Shown here in pieces: positions 46,600 to 57,600 of a DNA stretch of 64,000 bases. How positions within the stretch are numbered: position 1 is the first letter of the stretch; the number at the start of each line of letters is the position of its first letter. Under the pieces are notes generated by a model. That model was not told the origin of the DNA and ran no database searches. It saw nothing but the letters and a program-made list of their open reading frames with translations. The stretch lies in IMG/VR virus record IMGVR_UViG_3300020447_000005; one strand, 5' to 3'. The translations under genes and the position numbers were made by a program. Origin of the DNA: an uncultured virus (IMG/VR IMGVR_UViG_3300020447_000005). Its lineage: Duplodnaviria > Heunggongvirae > Uroviricota > Caudoviricetes.

Positions 46600-47730
46600 T
46601 TACCCCTTCAATGAAGTTACCGGTACCTTTAAATCGCCTAAGTTATTTGTATTACCAAGTAATATCTTTTCACAAATAAGACGAAAATTACTCAACCAAG
46701 ACACCACCGTCTTGTCGGAAGGCACATAGTACTGACGCAAAACTTTCTGGGCGTCATACGCTAATCCCACATACTCATCTAAATTGTTTAGTATGTAAAT
46801 AAGCACATCCCGTAAATCACTGCAACACGGGGCACAATATTGCACATAACCATGTAAAGGATCATATATATCGACAAGAGTACGAATATTCGAGCACTCG
46901 GGTTTGACAACAATAACGCCACATAATAAAGCCTCAAAATCAATTTTAGAGAAACCCCCAGGCCCCCACGGACTAACCAGAATCTTTGTATTCGATAAAG
47001 ATGCAAGGTACAAAATATAGTGAATACCGTAATCTGGTGTACTAGGTATTTCTTCCGGAAACAGCTCTCGCATCATCGTTGAATTAAGCCCATATGCCTG
47101 CCGTTTCAGCAATTTTATTTGCGTATCCACGCCCTCCCAGTCATTGAAAAGAACATCCAACGGCCTATCTAGCACAGGAGGTTGACCGTCTATAAACTCC
47201 AAGTGTTTTGAAGTCATGGCAGGAAGGACCGGGTTACAGACAACAATCTTTTTAATGACTTCATCTAGATATTCGTCGGATGAACGATGCGATACGTCAG
47301 GAGATAAACCGTTCATGTTACTAGATAACACGTGATTGTAATACGAACCGCCCTGCGCTTGTCGAAAGTAAACTGCCGCATCTCGAAAAGTGCTGGAACG
47401 CAAATACGCCTTTACCTCAGGCTTAGCCACTTCTTTCGCGATCGGTATCGGCAAATGTGTAATGTCATAAGAATCAAACAAAATGACTGGTGTGTCAAAA
47501 TGCTGCGGGCAAGCCTTGCGGGGTTGGATTACCGATTCGGTATTTCGCAAGAGAATATCACACGGGCCTCCATCCACGTCTACCTCGAAACCGATCCCGA
47601 TTGCAGCTAACGATTCCAACAAGTCGTCAGCTTTCGACCAAGGTGTGAACTCCCCGTAACGCTCAAGCCCTACACAGATACGAGTTTTTTCCGTCTGAAC
47701 TGCCGTCGGAGATTGCGGTAAACGACTCAT
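46600..47730 (-). CDS. Putative GT-B (glycosyltransferase 1-like) protein
   Basis: TKILVSPWGPG...DFEALLCG motif. Confidence 0.6.
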   Translation of the reverse strand: MSRLPQSPTAVQTEKTRICVGLERYGEFTPWSKADDLLESLAAIGIGFEVDVDGGPCDILLRNTESVIQPRKACPQHFDTPVILFDSYDITHLPIPIAKEVAKPEVKAYLRSSTFRDAAVYFRQAQGGSYYNHVLSSNMNGLSPDVSHRSSDEYLDEVIKKIVVCNPVLPAMTSKHLEFIDGQPPVLDRPLDVLFNDWEGVDTQIKLLKRQAYGLNSTMMRELFPEEIPSTPDYGIHYILYLASLSNTKILVSPWGPGGFSKIDFEALLCGVIVVKPECSNIRTLVDIYDPLHGYVQYCAPCCSDLRDVLIYILNNLDEYVGLAYDAQKVLRQYYVPSDKTVVSWLSNFRLICEKILLGNTNNLGDLKVPVTSLKG

Positions 47731-48377
47731 TTTCCAAGCAGCTCCGAATATCTTCGGTTTGCCAAAAGACGACGCATGTTCGAAACAACTTCGCTATCAG
47801 ATGATCCCAATCCGTCATTAGATACAGAACAGCCAGAAACATTACACGGAGGAACACTTCCCGTTAGCTGAGACACAGACTCGCCACATGCGTCAAGTAA
47901 GCTGCGCTCCCCGTCCTCCGCCTTCACACATGTGTCTTCATACTTTGAAAGCATAAGTATTTTCTCCGCCCACTCGAAAACAAAATACAATGCAGCTTCC
48001 TTAGGGCAATGATTGTACTCACCCTCCAACTTACGGGCGTGGCGAGACATTACCTGATACCACTGTTCCATGTATGTATTATGTGCAGGTGAAAAAGCCC
48101 CAAGCCAAGAAAGACTGCGTGCTACTAACAAAGGATGTCGTTCTAGTCTAACAATCTTAACGTTCTGAAGTGCCGGGTGACGAATAAACGGAGCACTAAA
48201 CCAACTCACTTCTATATCGTGGGAAGCCTCGGCTACGGCCTTATAAGTGTATTGATTACTGGAATCCTCCGTAAACACAGAACAAAACTCTACATTGCAA
48301 CCGACGTTTTTTAACACTCTATAGGCCCAGCGAGTAGCTCCTCTAGGATAACCCGTTACTAAGGTTTTCAAAGGCAT
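47727..48377 (-). CDS. Sulfotransferase-like protein
   Basis: LVTGYPRGAT P-loop and VRLERHPLLVARS. Confidence 0.6.
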   Translation of the reverse strand: MPLKTLVTGYPRGATRWAYRVLKNVGCNVEFCSVFTEDSSNQYTYKAVAEASHDIEVSWFSAPFIRHPALQNVKIVRLERHPLLVARSLSWLGAFSPAHNTYMEQWYQVMSRHARKLEGEYNHCPKEAALYFVFEWAEKILMLSKYEDTCVKAEDGERSLLDACGESVSQLTGSVPPCNVSGCSVSNDGLGSSDSEVVSNMRRLLANRRYSELLGK

Positions 48378-48816
48378 CGTCACAAACCCTAATGTCTAAA
48401 CTAGAGCGGGGTGGCCACAGCAACATGATAACTGACTTTAAAGTTTTAACAAACGTGCCCTCCGACTCAGTTAGGTTACACGCTTCCCGCATGAACAACA
48501 AATGACGCAATAAATAGACATAATCAGCATCACGGCGTAAAGTATATTCTTCTTTAGCCGCTAAAACTTTGCCTAAAATCTCGTCGTCGTGATCAATACT
48601 GCGGTATACTAGACGGACGCCTACCATACGAAGTTCTACACGGACTGCACCGTACCAGTACTCCCTACGACAACGACGCCAACGGCGATAGACACGCTGC
48701 GATACAAATACGACAACTCGGCCTTCTTTGTACGTACATGTCTCTTGCCTAAGAAAACGATATTTACCAGGCAAAAAAGAAAATAAATTCCCTAGCCACA
48801 TCCAAAATCGTTTCAT
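48343..48816 (-). CDS. Hypothetical basic protein
   Basis: GGAGG SD before MKRFW. Confidence 0.45.
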   Translation of the reverse strand: MKRFWMWLGNLFSFLPGKYRFLRQETCTYKEGRVVVFVSQRVYRRWRRCRREYWYGAVRVELRMVGVRLVYRSIDHDDEILGKVLAAKEEYTLRRDADYVYLLRHLLFMREACNLTESEGTFVKTLKSVIMLLWPPRSSLDIRVCDDAFENLSNGLS

Positions 48817-48851
48817 ACGAACCTCCATGTTCGGCACGAACGATAAATAAA

Positions 48852-49385
48852 TTAATCAAATAACACGTCCTCGGGTAATTCAGCCAAAAGGGGTGCGTTT
48901 CTATCCTTCTCACTAACAATTCGAGCTTCAATGGGAACGGGCCAACGAATAGCTACATCCATGTCGTCATGTCGAAATACCCGGTCACTGTCTTTATCAA
49001 AAGGTGCTGACTGTAAGTAAACCACGTCAGCTAGTGGCGAAACAACAATAAAACCATGAGCAAACCCAGGTGGGATCCATAATCGTTGCCCTTTATCTCC
49101 GTCTAACTGAAAAGCTCTCCACTCTTTGAACGTTTTACTGGACTTTCTAATATCCACTGCAACGTCCAATATACGCCCATGTAAGCATACAACAAATTTA
49201 CCAACTGGATTAGGCTGTTGCCAATGCATTCCACGTATAACACCGATAGTGCTACGTGAGTGGTTAACCTGCGCCATATCTTCTGGTAGAGGGTGGCCCA
49301 TCCGTGGGCCGTTAAATACTTCCTGAAAAAACCCTCTTTCGTCTACAAAACGATGCGATTCATTATAGTAGACTAAACCTTCCAT
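48852..49385 (-). CDS. rmlC: dTDP-4-dehydrorhamnose 3,5-epimerase
   Basis: DERGFF, RGMHWQ, DVAVDIR and WIPPGFAHGF. Confidence 0.93.
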   Translation of the reverse strand: MEGLVYYNESHRFVDERGFFQEVFNGPRMGHPLPEDMAQVNHSRSTIGVIRGMHWQQPNPVGKFVVCLHGRILDVAVDIRKSSKTFKEWRAFQLDGDKGQRLWIPPGFAHGFIVVSPLADVVYLQSAPFDKDSDRVFRHDDMDVAIRWPVPIEARIVSEKDRNAPLLAELPEDVLFD

Positions 49386-50041
49386 TAAAAATCTTTCAGC
49401 TTCTGTTGTTTTCGAAAATCTTCCCAGCCGTCTGATTTTTTAAACCCTTTCCTTACCGCATTAAAATAAACAGGTGGCACAGACCTGTCTATGTAAGTGC
49501 CTTTTTCTTTGTTTCTAATCCTCCTCGTACCTCTTTTTTCAAAATCCCACGGCGAATAACGAGGATCTAGTGTATCCATTAAAAACTCTTTCCGCCATAT
49601 CGAAGGCTGCATGGAAATCAAATACTTACTGTGCGTCGCAATTTGATCATATTTAAGATTACCTACTCCAACGTATTTTTGATACCCACTAACAGAAATC
49701 TGAAGCCTATTCATCTTATGTAACTTCATGTCTTCTACGTAGGTATTTAACTGCTGCTCAGAGTAAGAATAGTGAAAAAAGTAATCGTCTAAAATAAAAA
49801 AGATATAGTCTTCTGACGCCTTTATCCCCTCCCGCATTCTTCGGCCCCACGAAATATCTTTACCACACAATATCGTTTCAAACTTTGTATTAACGTAATC
49901 AGGAACAGAAATAGTCTCCCCAACAAAAATGTTTTGCGTATGATGCTGCCAATACCTATCGAAGCAAATAGAAAAGTTCTCCCACAAACTACGGTAAGCA
50001 TCACACGTACCGATTAACACGCTTAAGTTATTCATTGTCAA
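49385..50041 (-). CDS. Putative glycosyltransferase (GT-A-like)
   Basis: YIFFILDDYF, SMQPSIWRKE and SPWDFE. Confidence 0.55.
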   Translation of the reverse strand: MTMNNLSVLIGTCDAYRSLWENFSICFDRYWQHHTQNIFVGETISVPDYVNTKFETILCGKDISWGRRMREGIKASEDYIFFILDDYFFHYSYSEQQLNTYVEDMKLHKMNRLQISVSGYQKYVGVGNLKYDQIATHSKYLISMQPSIWRKEFLMDTLDPRYSPWDFEKRGTRRIRNKEKGTYIDRSVPPVYFNAVRKGFKKSDGWEDFRKQQKLKDF

Positions 50042-50901
50042 ACCAATGATTTAATCTCTTTCACAGTGAATTGTTCAACTTCGTTAGAGTACGGCCCCTC
50101 TTCAAGAATCTTCTCGTGCATATTCTCGCCGGGCTGTAACCCAATCTCCTCGATCTCTATCTCCTGCCCATTCGAGTACTTCTCGATCATCGCTTGAAGT
50201 AGGTCTGCTATTTGAATTGACTTCATCGAAGGGCAATACGGAGAACAATCTTTCGCGTGAAGTAAACAATCCTCAATTAACACTATCGCTTGCTCAATCG
50301 ACCAGAAGAACCTTGTTGCGCCAGGGTCAGTAACAATAATCTTCTTACCCTCAGTAATTAACTTCTTCCACTTACACAACACAGAACCCGTAGAGTATAA
50401 GACGTTCCCATAGCGGACAAGTCGATAAGCACAGGATGGGTTTAGCGACTGGAACTGCTGGCAAATACGCTCCATTAAGAACTTAGACGCCCCGTAAACA
50501 CCGTTTATTTGAGCAGCTTTGTCCGTGGATATAGCTAATATGAAATGAACATCGTAATTCAAAGCCTCTTCGTACACGTTTAAAGAGCCCATCACGTTAG
50601 AGCGTATACACTCTATAGATTGTGTCTCCGCTAACCCAACATGCTTAAACGCGGCTAAATGAAATATCCCGTGAACATCCTTGATCGCTTGTCGAACGCT
50701 AAACCTATCCGCCACGTCTCCTGTTAGAATTTCGACGTCTGGGTAGTCTTCCTTCAAATAAATCAGGGCGCATTCACTTCGAGATAGAACTCTAGCAAAT
50801 GCGCCCTGTGTTGTAATGTAATCAACAAGCGGCTTTCCAAGGAATCCAGAACCACCGGTAACTAGGTATAACTTATCCTTCTCTACCCTTATCTGCTCCA
50901 T
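50038..50901 (-). CDS. UDP-GlcNAc 4,6-dehydratase-like (PseB/CapD, polysaccharide biosynthesis SDR)
   Basis: TGGSGFLG, FHLAAFKHV, STDKA, YGASK, RYGNV, TRFF and GENMHE. Confidence 0.85.
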   Translation of the reverse strand: MEQIRVEKDKLYLVTGGSGFLGKPLVDYITTQGAFARVLSRSECALIYLKEDYPDVEILTGDVADRFSVRQAIKDVHGIFHLAAFKHVGLAETQSIECIRSNVMGSLNVYEEALNYDVHFILAISTDKAAQINGVYGASKFLMERICQQFQSLNPSCAYRLVRYGNVLYSTGSVLCKWKKLITEGKKIIVTDPGATRFFWSIEQAIVLIEDCLLHAKDCSPYCPSMKSIQIADLLQAMIEKYSNGQEIEIEEIGLQPGENMHEKILEEGPYSNEVEQFTVKEIKSLV

Positions 50902-50940
50902 AGGATTAACATCCGTGTATTAGGACTCCACTAACTATAA

Positions 50941-51312
50941 TTAATTCGGGCAGTGCATAATACCTTTGCCCCAAACACCATCTTTTATAGTTTCTGTCAA
51001 ATACCCTTTAAGAGTGAAGTAACCGTCCGACCCGGATAATGTAAGGCGGATATCGCAAGCGTTCAAATCAAAATTAACGCAACCATCGGCTGCAAGGGTT
51101 GAATCGCCTCCGATAGCTACCCATGTCGTTTCATCGTCAGGAGACATTTCAAACTTAACCCTTGCAGTCTCTGCTCCGCCAAAAATTCCTGCGGTAGTCT
51201 TCACAACCATCTGTCCCACGCCTCCCGGCCATTGAACGACAGTACTAGAGGTGTCGTCGCTGCCACCCGCAGCACTCCAAGTTTTCACTAATGTAAGACT
51301 AGTATTAGCCAT
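50941..51312 (-). CDS. Small beta-sandwich probable structural protein
   Basis: AAGGAG SD. Gly/Thr-rich, with FEMSPDDETTW. Confidence 0.55.
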   Translation of the reverse strand: MANTSLTLVKTWSAAGGSDDTSSTVVQWPGGVGQMVVKTTAGIFGGAETARVKFEMSPDDETTWVAIGGDSTLAADGCVNFDLNACDIRLTLSGSDGYFTLKGYLTETIKDGVWGKGIMHCPN

Positions 51313-51354
51313 GAATATATTCTCCTTGAAATTAGTTTAGTAACTTATATTGAT

Positions 51355-51606
51355 CTATAGGGGTGGATCTTCACTCCATCCACTACTTAACTCACTTTTT
51401 ATTTCTTCATGAGTCAGAATACCACTTAGATGAGTTACTGCTGCAACACTTGCTGGAATAACCGGCCCATCCCATTTAACAAAAGCTTTGTCTCCTGCGA
51501 GGTTGGTTATTGCTGTATCAATACTCGTCTCACAAACTTCCGCAAAATCAATATTTGATAAATCGGATGGCGCAATCAAAACCCAATGTCGATTCTCATG
51601 ACTCAT
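51355..51606 (-). CDS. Small protein commonly adjacent to LamG fibre genes
   Basis: IDF..V.ETS.DT...KAFVKW...THEEI...W pattern. Coupled to the 2091-aa gene. Confidence 0.55.
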   Translation of the reverse strand: MSHENRHWVLIAPSDLSNIDFAEVCETSIDTAITNLAGDKAFVKWDGPVIPASVAAVTHLSGILTHEEIKSELSSGWSEDPPL

Positions 51607-54600
51607 AATCCAAATCTCCTTTTATCACCGTTGTAGAGGTCTTCTACTTCCGCATCAGTAAGTGGCCGGTCATACATTAATAACTGGGCAATGTTCATTT
51701 CAAAGAAAGTATAAGTATTGTATGTACCGATCCATAACGCGTCGGTGGGGGCAGTATCTTCAGAGTAATCAGTTTTTGCCCCCGTATCCTTGTCGTTATT
51801 GACGTAACAATCCATGGTTCCATCGTTTCGATTAACCAGGACGAGTTGACGCCATTCGTCAGCTGCGAACTTGGTAGTACCGTCATAAAAAGTCCCGTAC
51901 CCCGACGGGTATCCAAAGCTCTGAAATCCCGAAGCCGCAGTATTTCCTACGGTGTTTTGAATAATGAAGGAAAGAGCATAGCTTTCAAAAGAAGCGAACC
52001 AGTTGGGCCCATTTACTAGGGTTGTTGGCTTGATCCACATCACTACAGTAAAGCCGTCCACAAGTGCACTATTGTCCCGATCTAACTCAACATAATCATT
52101 CGACCCGTCAAGTACTAAACTGCCTAGATTTTCCGGATCAAATGCTGGTCCGTTTATCAATGATGCCTCTGTGCCGTCAACTGTATTAGTCCAGACTGTT
52201 GGCGTATTAATGTTGTAAGAATTCGGGTCGGCAGCATCTAACTTCGCAACCATCCCGCTAGTGACAACAGGCTCTTGATATCCATGACCAAACCTCAATT
52301 TGTCACCGTCGTAAAGTTCACCAACTTCGGTGTCAGTAAGTGCGCGGTCATAAACTAATACTTGAGCTATTTGTGTCTCTAAAGGATTACCACCGCCTGA
52401 ACCTTGGCTGGCGAAGTAGAAATTATCGCCAGGGGCACCAGTGGAGAAACCGCTTTCAGCCGTTGAATCTTTCACGCCATCCACCCACGCATCAATGTCG
52501 CCATCGTCATTGTTTCGCCACACAAATTGATACCATGTGTCCGTCGCAACTCGTGTATCACACCAGTCACCCCAAGCTTTCCCAAACCCATAGCTAACGA
52601 GACCAGAAAGCGATCCAGCACATCTGCTTGGTGTCACGCCAAATTCCGGGCTATAGGTGCCAAAGTTCATAAGCCAACCTTGATCTGATTGACCACTCCC
52701 AGATAACTCCCCTAACTTCACCCACATCACAACAGTAAATCCGTCGGTCAAATCTGAGTTATCTCTAGCTAAACTCGCGTAGTCATTTGTCCCGTCAAAT
52801 TGTAAGCATCCGCCCTTTTCAATATCGAATGCTGGTCCGTTAATTAGAGACGCCTCAACAGAGTCAATTACGTTAGTCCAGACTGTAGGATCTGCTACAT
52901 CATAGGAGGCAGGATTGGCAACATCTAGCGATACGACCAACCCGCTTGTAACTGCTGGCGCTAGATATGCCAGATTAAACCTCGCCTTGTCACCAGCCCA
53001 AAGTTGACCGACTTCTGTGTCAGTTAGCGCCCGGTCGTAAATTAGCACCGTAGCTATTTTACTTTCCAAAAATGCCCCCACCCACATTGGGGTGTTGTCT
53101 TCGTTAGTCAGGCATGAATAATATAGATTATCGAGAGGGGCGGTATCCGTATCAAAACCAGTCGGAGGCGACGAATCCTTAAGATTATTCAAGAAGCCGT
53201 CAATCGTTCCATCATTCTGGTTAACGAAGGCTACCATGTGCCAATCGCCGATAATAAGCTTTAAATCAGACCATTCTTGAAAACCGGCTGGCCCATAACC
53301 ATTACTCACGAGTTGGTCATAAGACGCAACGTGCCCAAGGGTCAGACGTGTGCCCCCGGCATTCCCAGTGGTCTGTACATAAGCATAACTTTCACCAGTC
53401 GGAGCGCGCTCTAGTGGCTTGTACCAAAAGACCATAGTCCACCCTGAATCTAAATCAGAGTTGTCCCTGGGGAAATTGGCGTAGTCGCTAACCCCATCAA
53501 ACGAAATGCAGCCTATACTTTCAAAATCAAATGCTGCTCCGTCTACCAATGATGCGTCAGTGTCATCAATTGTATTAGTCCAAACTGTCGGCGCACTTGA
53601 GTCATAACTATCGGAATTCGCTGGATCTAGCAGTACGACCAAACCGCTTGTAACTGCTGGCGACTCATAACATGCGACCTGTATTAGTTCAAAGTTAGCC
53701 TTACTCTCGCCGTAAACAGTTCCTGGCTGGCCACCCTGAGCGGAGACAGAAGTAATCCTGATCTTGTAATCTGTTGCGCTGGTAATGTCACACGACACAT
53801 CCCAACTATAAGTACCAGTGTTTGATTCACTGGATGAAAGTGTTGTGTCTAAACTGCTGCCCTTGTACAGCTCAATCTTTACATTACCAACTATACTAAT
53901 ACTGGTCCAAGTAATATCCTGTGTGGTACCCACAGTGAAGGCTTCACCACCAGCAGGATTTGTGATCGTGAAAGAAGGCAAACGACCAAACCGTTCCTGG
54001 CCTGCTTCCCAAAGTGAGGTAACTTCCGCATCAGTTATCGACCGATCGTAGACTAGCGTTTGTGCAATCTTACACATATGCTCGAGCGACCCACCACCTA
54101 ACGATGCTAGATACATGTCATCGTTTGGAGCCGTATCTACGTGGAAGACCCCCGGAGGACCAGTGTCTTTAACCCCGTCAACAAACAGATCAATCGTTCC
54201 ATCATTTTGATTGACGAACGTGAGAAAACACCAAGTTTGATTGTCAACGGAAGAATTAGTACTCCAAAGAGAATTTGCAGAACCAAACCCCCAGGCCTTA
54301 AACTGCCCGTTCTGCTGGTGTGCTAGGTTCAAGTCATTCCCCGTATACGCAGCCGTCCCGTCACCAAACGCGAAAAAATAAGCGGTCGCTACAGGAAGAG
54401 ACTTAGTGTAATACCAGAGACTAATCGTGAACCCGCTATCTAAATCTGAGTTATCACGAACAATCTTAAAATAGTCGTCCGTCCCGTCGAAAGATATGTT
54501 TCCTGCCTTTTCAATATCGAATGCTGGTCCGTTCTCTAGATCTCCCTCAACAGAGTCAATTGTATTAGTCCAAACTGTAGGATCTGCTACGTCATAGGAA

Positions 54601-57600
54601 GCAGAATTAGCAGCGTCCAACAATACCACCAATCCGCTCGTAACTGCTGGCGCTTCATATGCCAGATTAAACCTTGCCTTATCGCCAGCCCAAAGTTGGC
54701 CAATTTCTGTGTCAGTTAGCGCCCGGTCGTAAACTAGTGATTGCGCAACCGTAACTTCAATATTGTACCCCGGCCCATAATAAGTACCTAAACCCACAAG
54801 CCGGAAATCATCAGGAGGGGCAGTATCAATATCGAAATCACTGGGCGGGCTAGTGGCCTTGATATTATTCACAAAGCCATCCATTACTCCATCATTTTGG
54901 TTCACCCACGCAATCATGCTCCAGTCATTTAAGTATGTATACTGTCCGCCTGTGTAGGTTGAATAACCTGAAGTTCCAAACCCGTATGCCATCAACTTAT
55001 TGTTACTGATAATCCAACCAAGCTGAAAATCGTGGCCAAAATTAAACATATTTCCGTAACTGTTATTGCCTGTTACTATCTCCTGTGGTCGAACCCAGTA
55101 CACGACAGTAAAGCCCGAATCCAAATCAGAATTGTCACGAACCAGTTTATATGAGTCGTCAACCCCGTCGAATTGTAGTGACCCCCCGCCAGCAGTATCA
55201 AATATAGCTCCTCCGGCAGTCGTACCATCAAGCAGTTCCCCATCAACATCGTCGATGGCATTTGTCCAAACTGTCGGCGCACTTGAATCGTAAGAGTCTG
55301 GGTCCGCAGCGTCTATCTGAACGACAAGACCACTTGTGACTGCCGGAGGACTATACGATCCACCCGCTGTTACGGTAAAGGTCGCGTCACTCTCATCGTA
55401 AACACTGGTATCTACTAACGAAGTAATCCTGACCTTATAGTCTGTTCCGGCTGCAAGAGAAGATGATATGGCCCAACTGTAACTATTATTGTTTGCTGTG
55501 TCAGACGTAAGTGTTGAATCCAGACTGCTGTCTTTGTAGAGTTCTATCTTAACGTTGCCGGTTACGTTAATACTGCTCCAAGTAATACTCTGCGTGGTAC
55601 CCGTAGTCCAATCTTCACCACCGTCAGGAGCCGTAACTGTGATAGAAGCCGGTTCAGATACAGTAAAGTTAGCGTCACTTTCATCGTAAACACTGTTGTC
55701 ATCGATTGACTCAATCCTGATCTTGTAATCTGTTCCGGCTGCAAGAGAAGATGATATGGCCCAACTAAAAATGTTATCATTGGCCGTAGCGTTTGAAAGT
55801 GTTGAATCATAACTACCGCCTTTGTACACATATATCCTTAAAGCTCCGGTTACGTTAACACTTGTCCAAGTAATGTTATGTGTAGTACCCGCAGCCCAAT
55901 CTTCGCCGCCGTCTGGACTTGTGACCGTGATGGAAGCTGGTTCAGTTAAAGTAAAATTAGCGTCGCTCTCATCGTAGACAGTTCCGTCCGCTAGCGAAGT
56001 AATCCTAATCTTGTAGTCTGTCGCGCCTGCTAAACCTGACGCTATAGCCCAGCTGTAAGTGCCGGTGTTTGCTGTATCGGACGTAAGTGTGAAATCTAAA
56101 CTTCCACCCTTATACAACTGTATTTTTACATTTCCAGTCAAGTTGACACTACTCCAAGTAATACTCTGTGTAGTACCCGTAGTCCAATCTTCACCACCGT
56201 CAGGACTTGTGACTGTGATGGTGGAAGGCTCAGATAAAGTAAAGGCTATATTACTTTCATCAGAAACACTAGCATCTGCTAAAGATGTAATTCTAATCTT
56301 GTAATCTGCTCCAGCGGTCAGCCCAGACGATATAGCCCAGCTGTAGCTATCGTCGTTTGCTGTGTCAGACGTAAGTGTTGAGTCTAAACTACCGCCTTTA
56401 TACAACTCGATTTTTACGTTGCCAGTTACGTTAGTGCTGCTCCAAGTAATACTCTGTGTGGTACCCGTAGTCCAATCTTCACCACCATTAGGAGCCGCAA
56501 CGGTAATAGACGGTTGAAAACCTAAAGTAAAGTTAGCGTCACTTTCATCATAAACACGTTCATCCTCCAAACAAGTAATCCTGATCTTATAGTCTGCGGC
56601 GGATTCCAACCCCATACCTATAGACCAGAGATAACTGCCGTCATTTCCTTCGCCAGCGTCAATTACGGAATACAAACTGCCAGCCTTATACAACTCGATT
56701 TTTACATTTCCAGCCGGTTCTATGTTTTTGCTACTCCAGGTAACCCAATGGGAGGAACCCTTATACCAATTTTCGCTGCCGTTAGGGCTCGTGACCGTGA
56801 TGGAAGGCTCAGGAGTCGGTTCGGCTTGACCAGTAACTAAGCGAGAGGGATTATAAGACACTAATCCGGCGGGACTCCGCACAATCTTGCCCATTCCGCC
56901 CACAACTCGGACCAGAAACGCGTATGCCCCAACGTTATAGTTAGCACCCTGCGGTATATCCGTTCCAACAATGTCTGAGGTGACGGCTGCAATAGCTAAC
57001 CCAGTACTCCTTGCCAGAGAGTCAGCTGGAAGCCGGAAGTCTCCATTGGGTGCGTCAGCCCAAATATCTGCTTCAGCAACATTGATTTGGTTTCCTGTGC
57101 CACCATCATCGTCAGCCGTGGCGTCGGTTGATATGTTGTTTCCAACCGTGATCGAATCCCCACCGCCAATCAAAAAATCAGTCGACCCGCTTTCGCCCGC
57201 CACAATATTTTGCGCCACCAGCGTATCGACTTGACTGCCCCACGTAAAACTCGCGTGTAATCCTCTAGTGGTCATCCCGTAGATCGTGCAGTTGCGGACA
57301 GTATAGTTACTATCAGGTGAATATGAAGCAGACGACAAATATATGCCGGTGGTGCCCCTCCAGATCACGCAATTCTCGAACGTCACATCTGTATCATCGG
57401 CTGAAGATGCGTTTGTTGAGAAATATACGTTCCCAGCGGTTGGCGTTACATGCGTTTTTTTTAACCACAGCCGTTTGAATTCAAGTTTCATGCTGCTCGC
57501 AGCACCGCCATGCAAAATGCAGCCTTTATTGTTCTTGCTGGTGAGACACAGAATCCCCTCGAATGTGAAATAATCAGCCCGATAACCGTATATCTTGATA

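Noticed and set aside
51603..55350. Diversity-generating retroelement target
   Set aside because: No reverse transcriptase or non-coding template repeat in the window, and differences do not look adenine-specific by eye.
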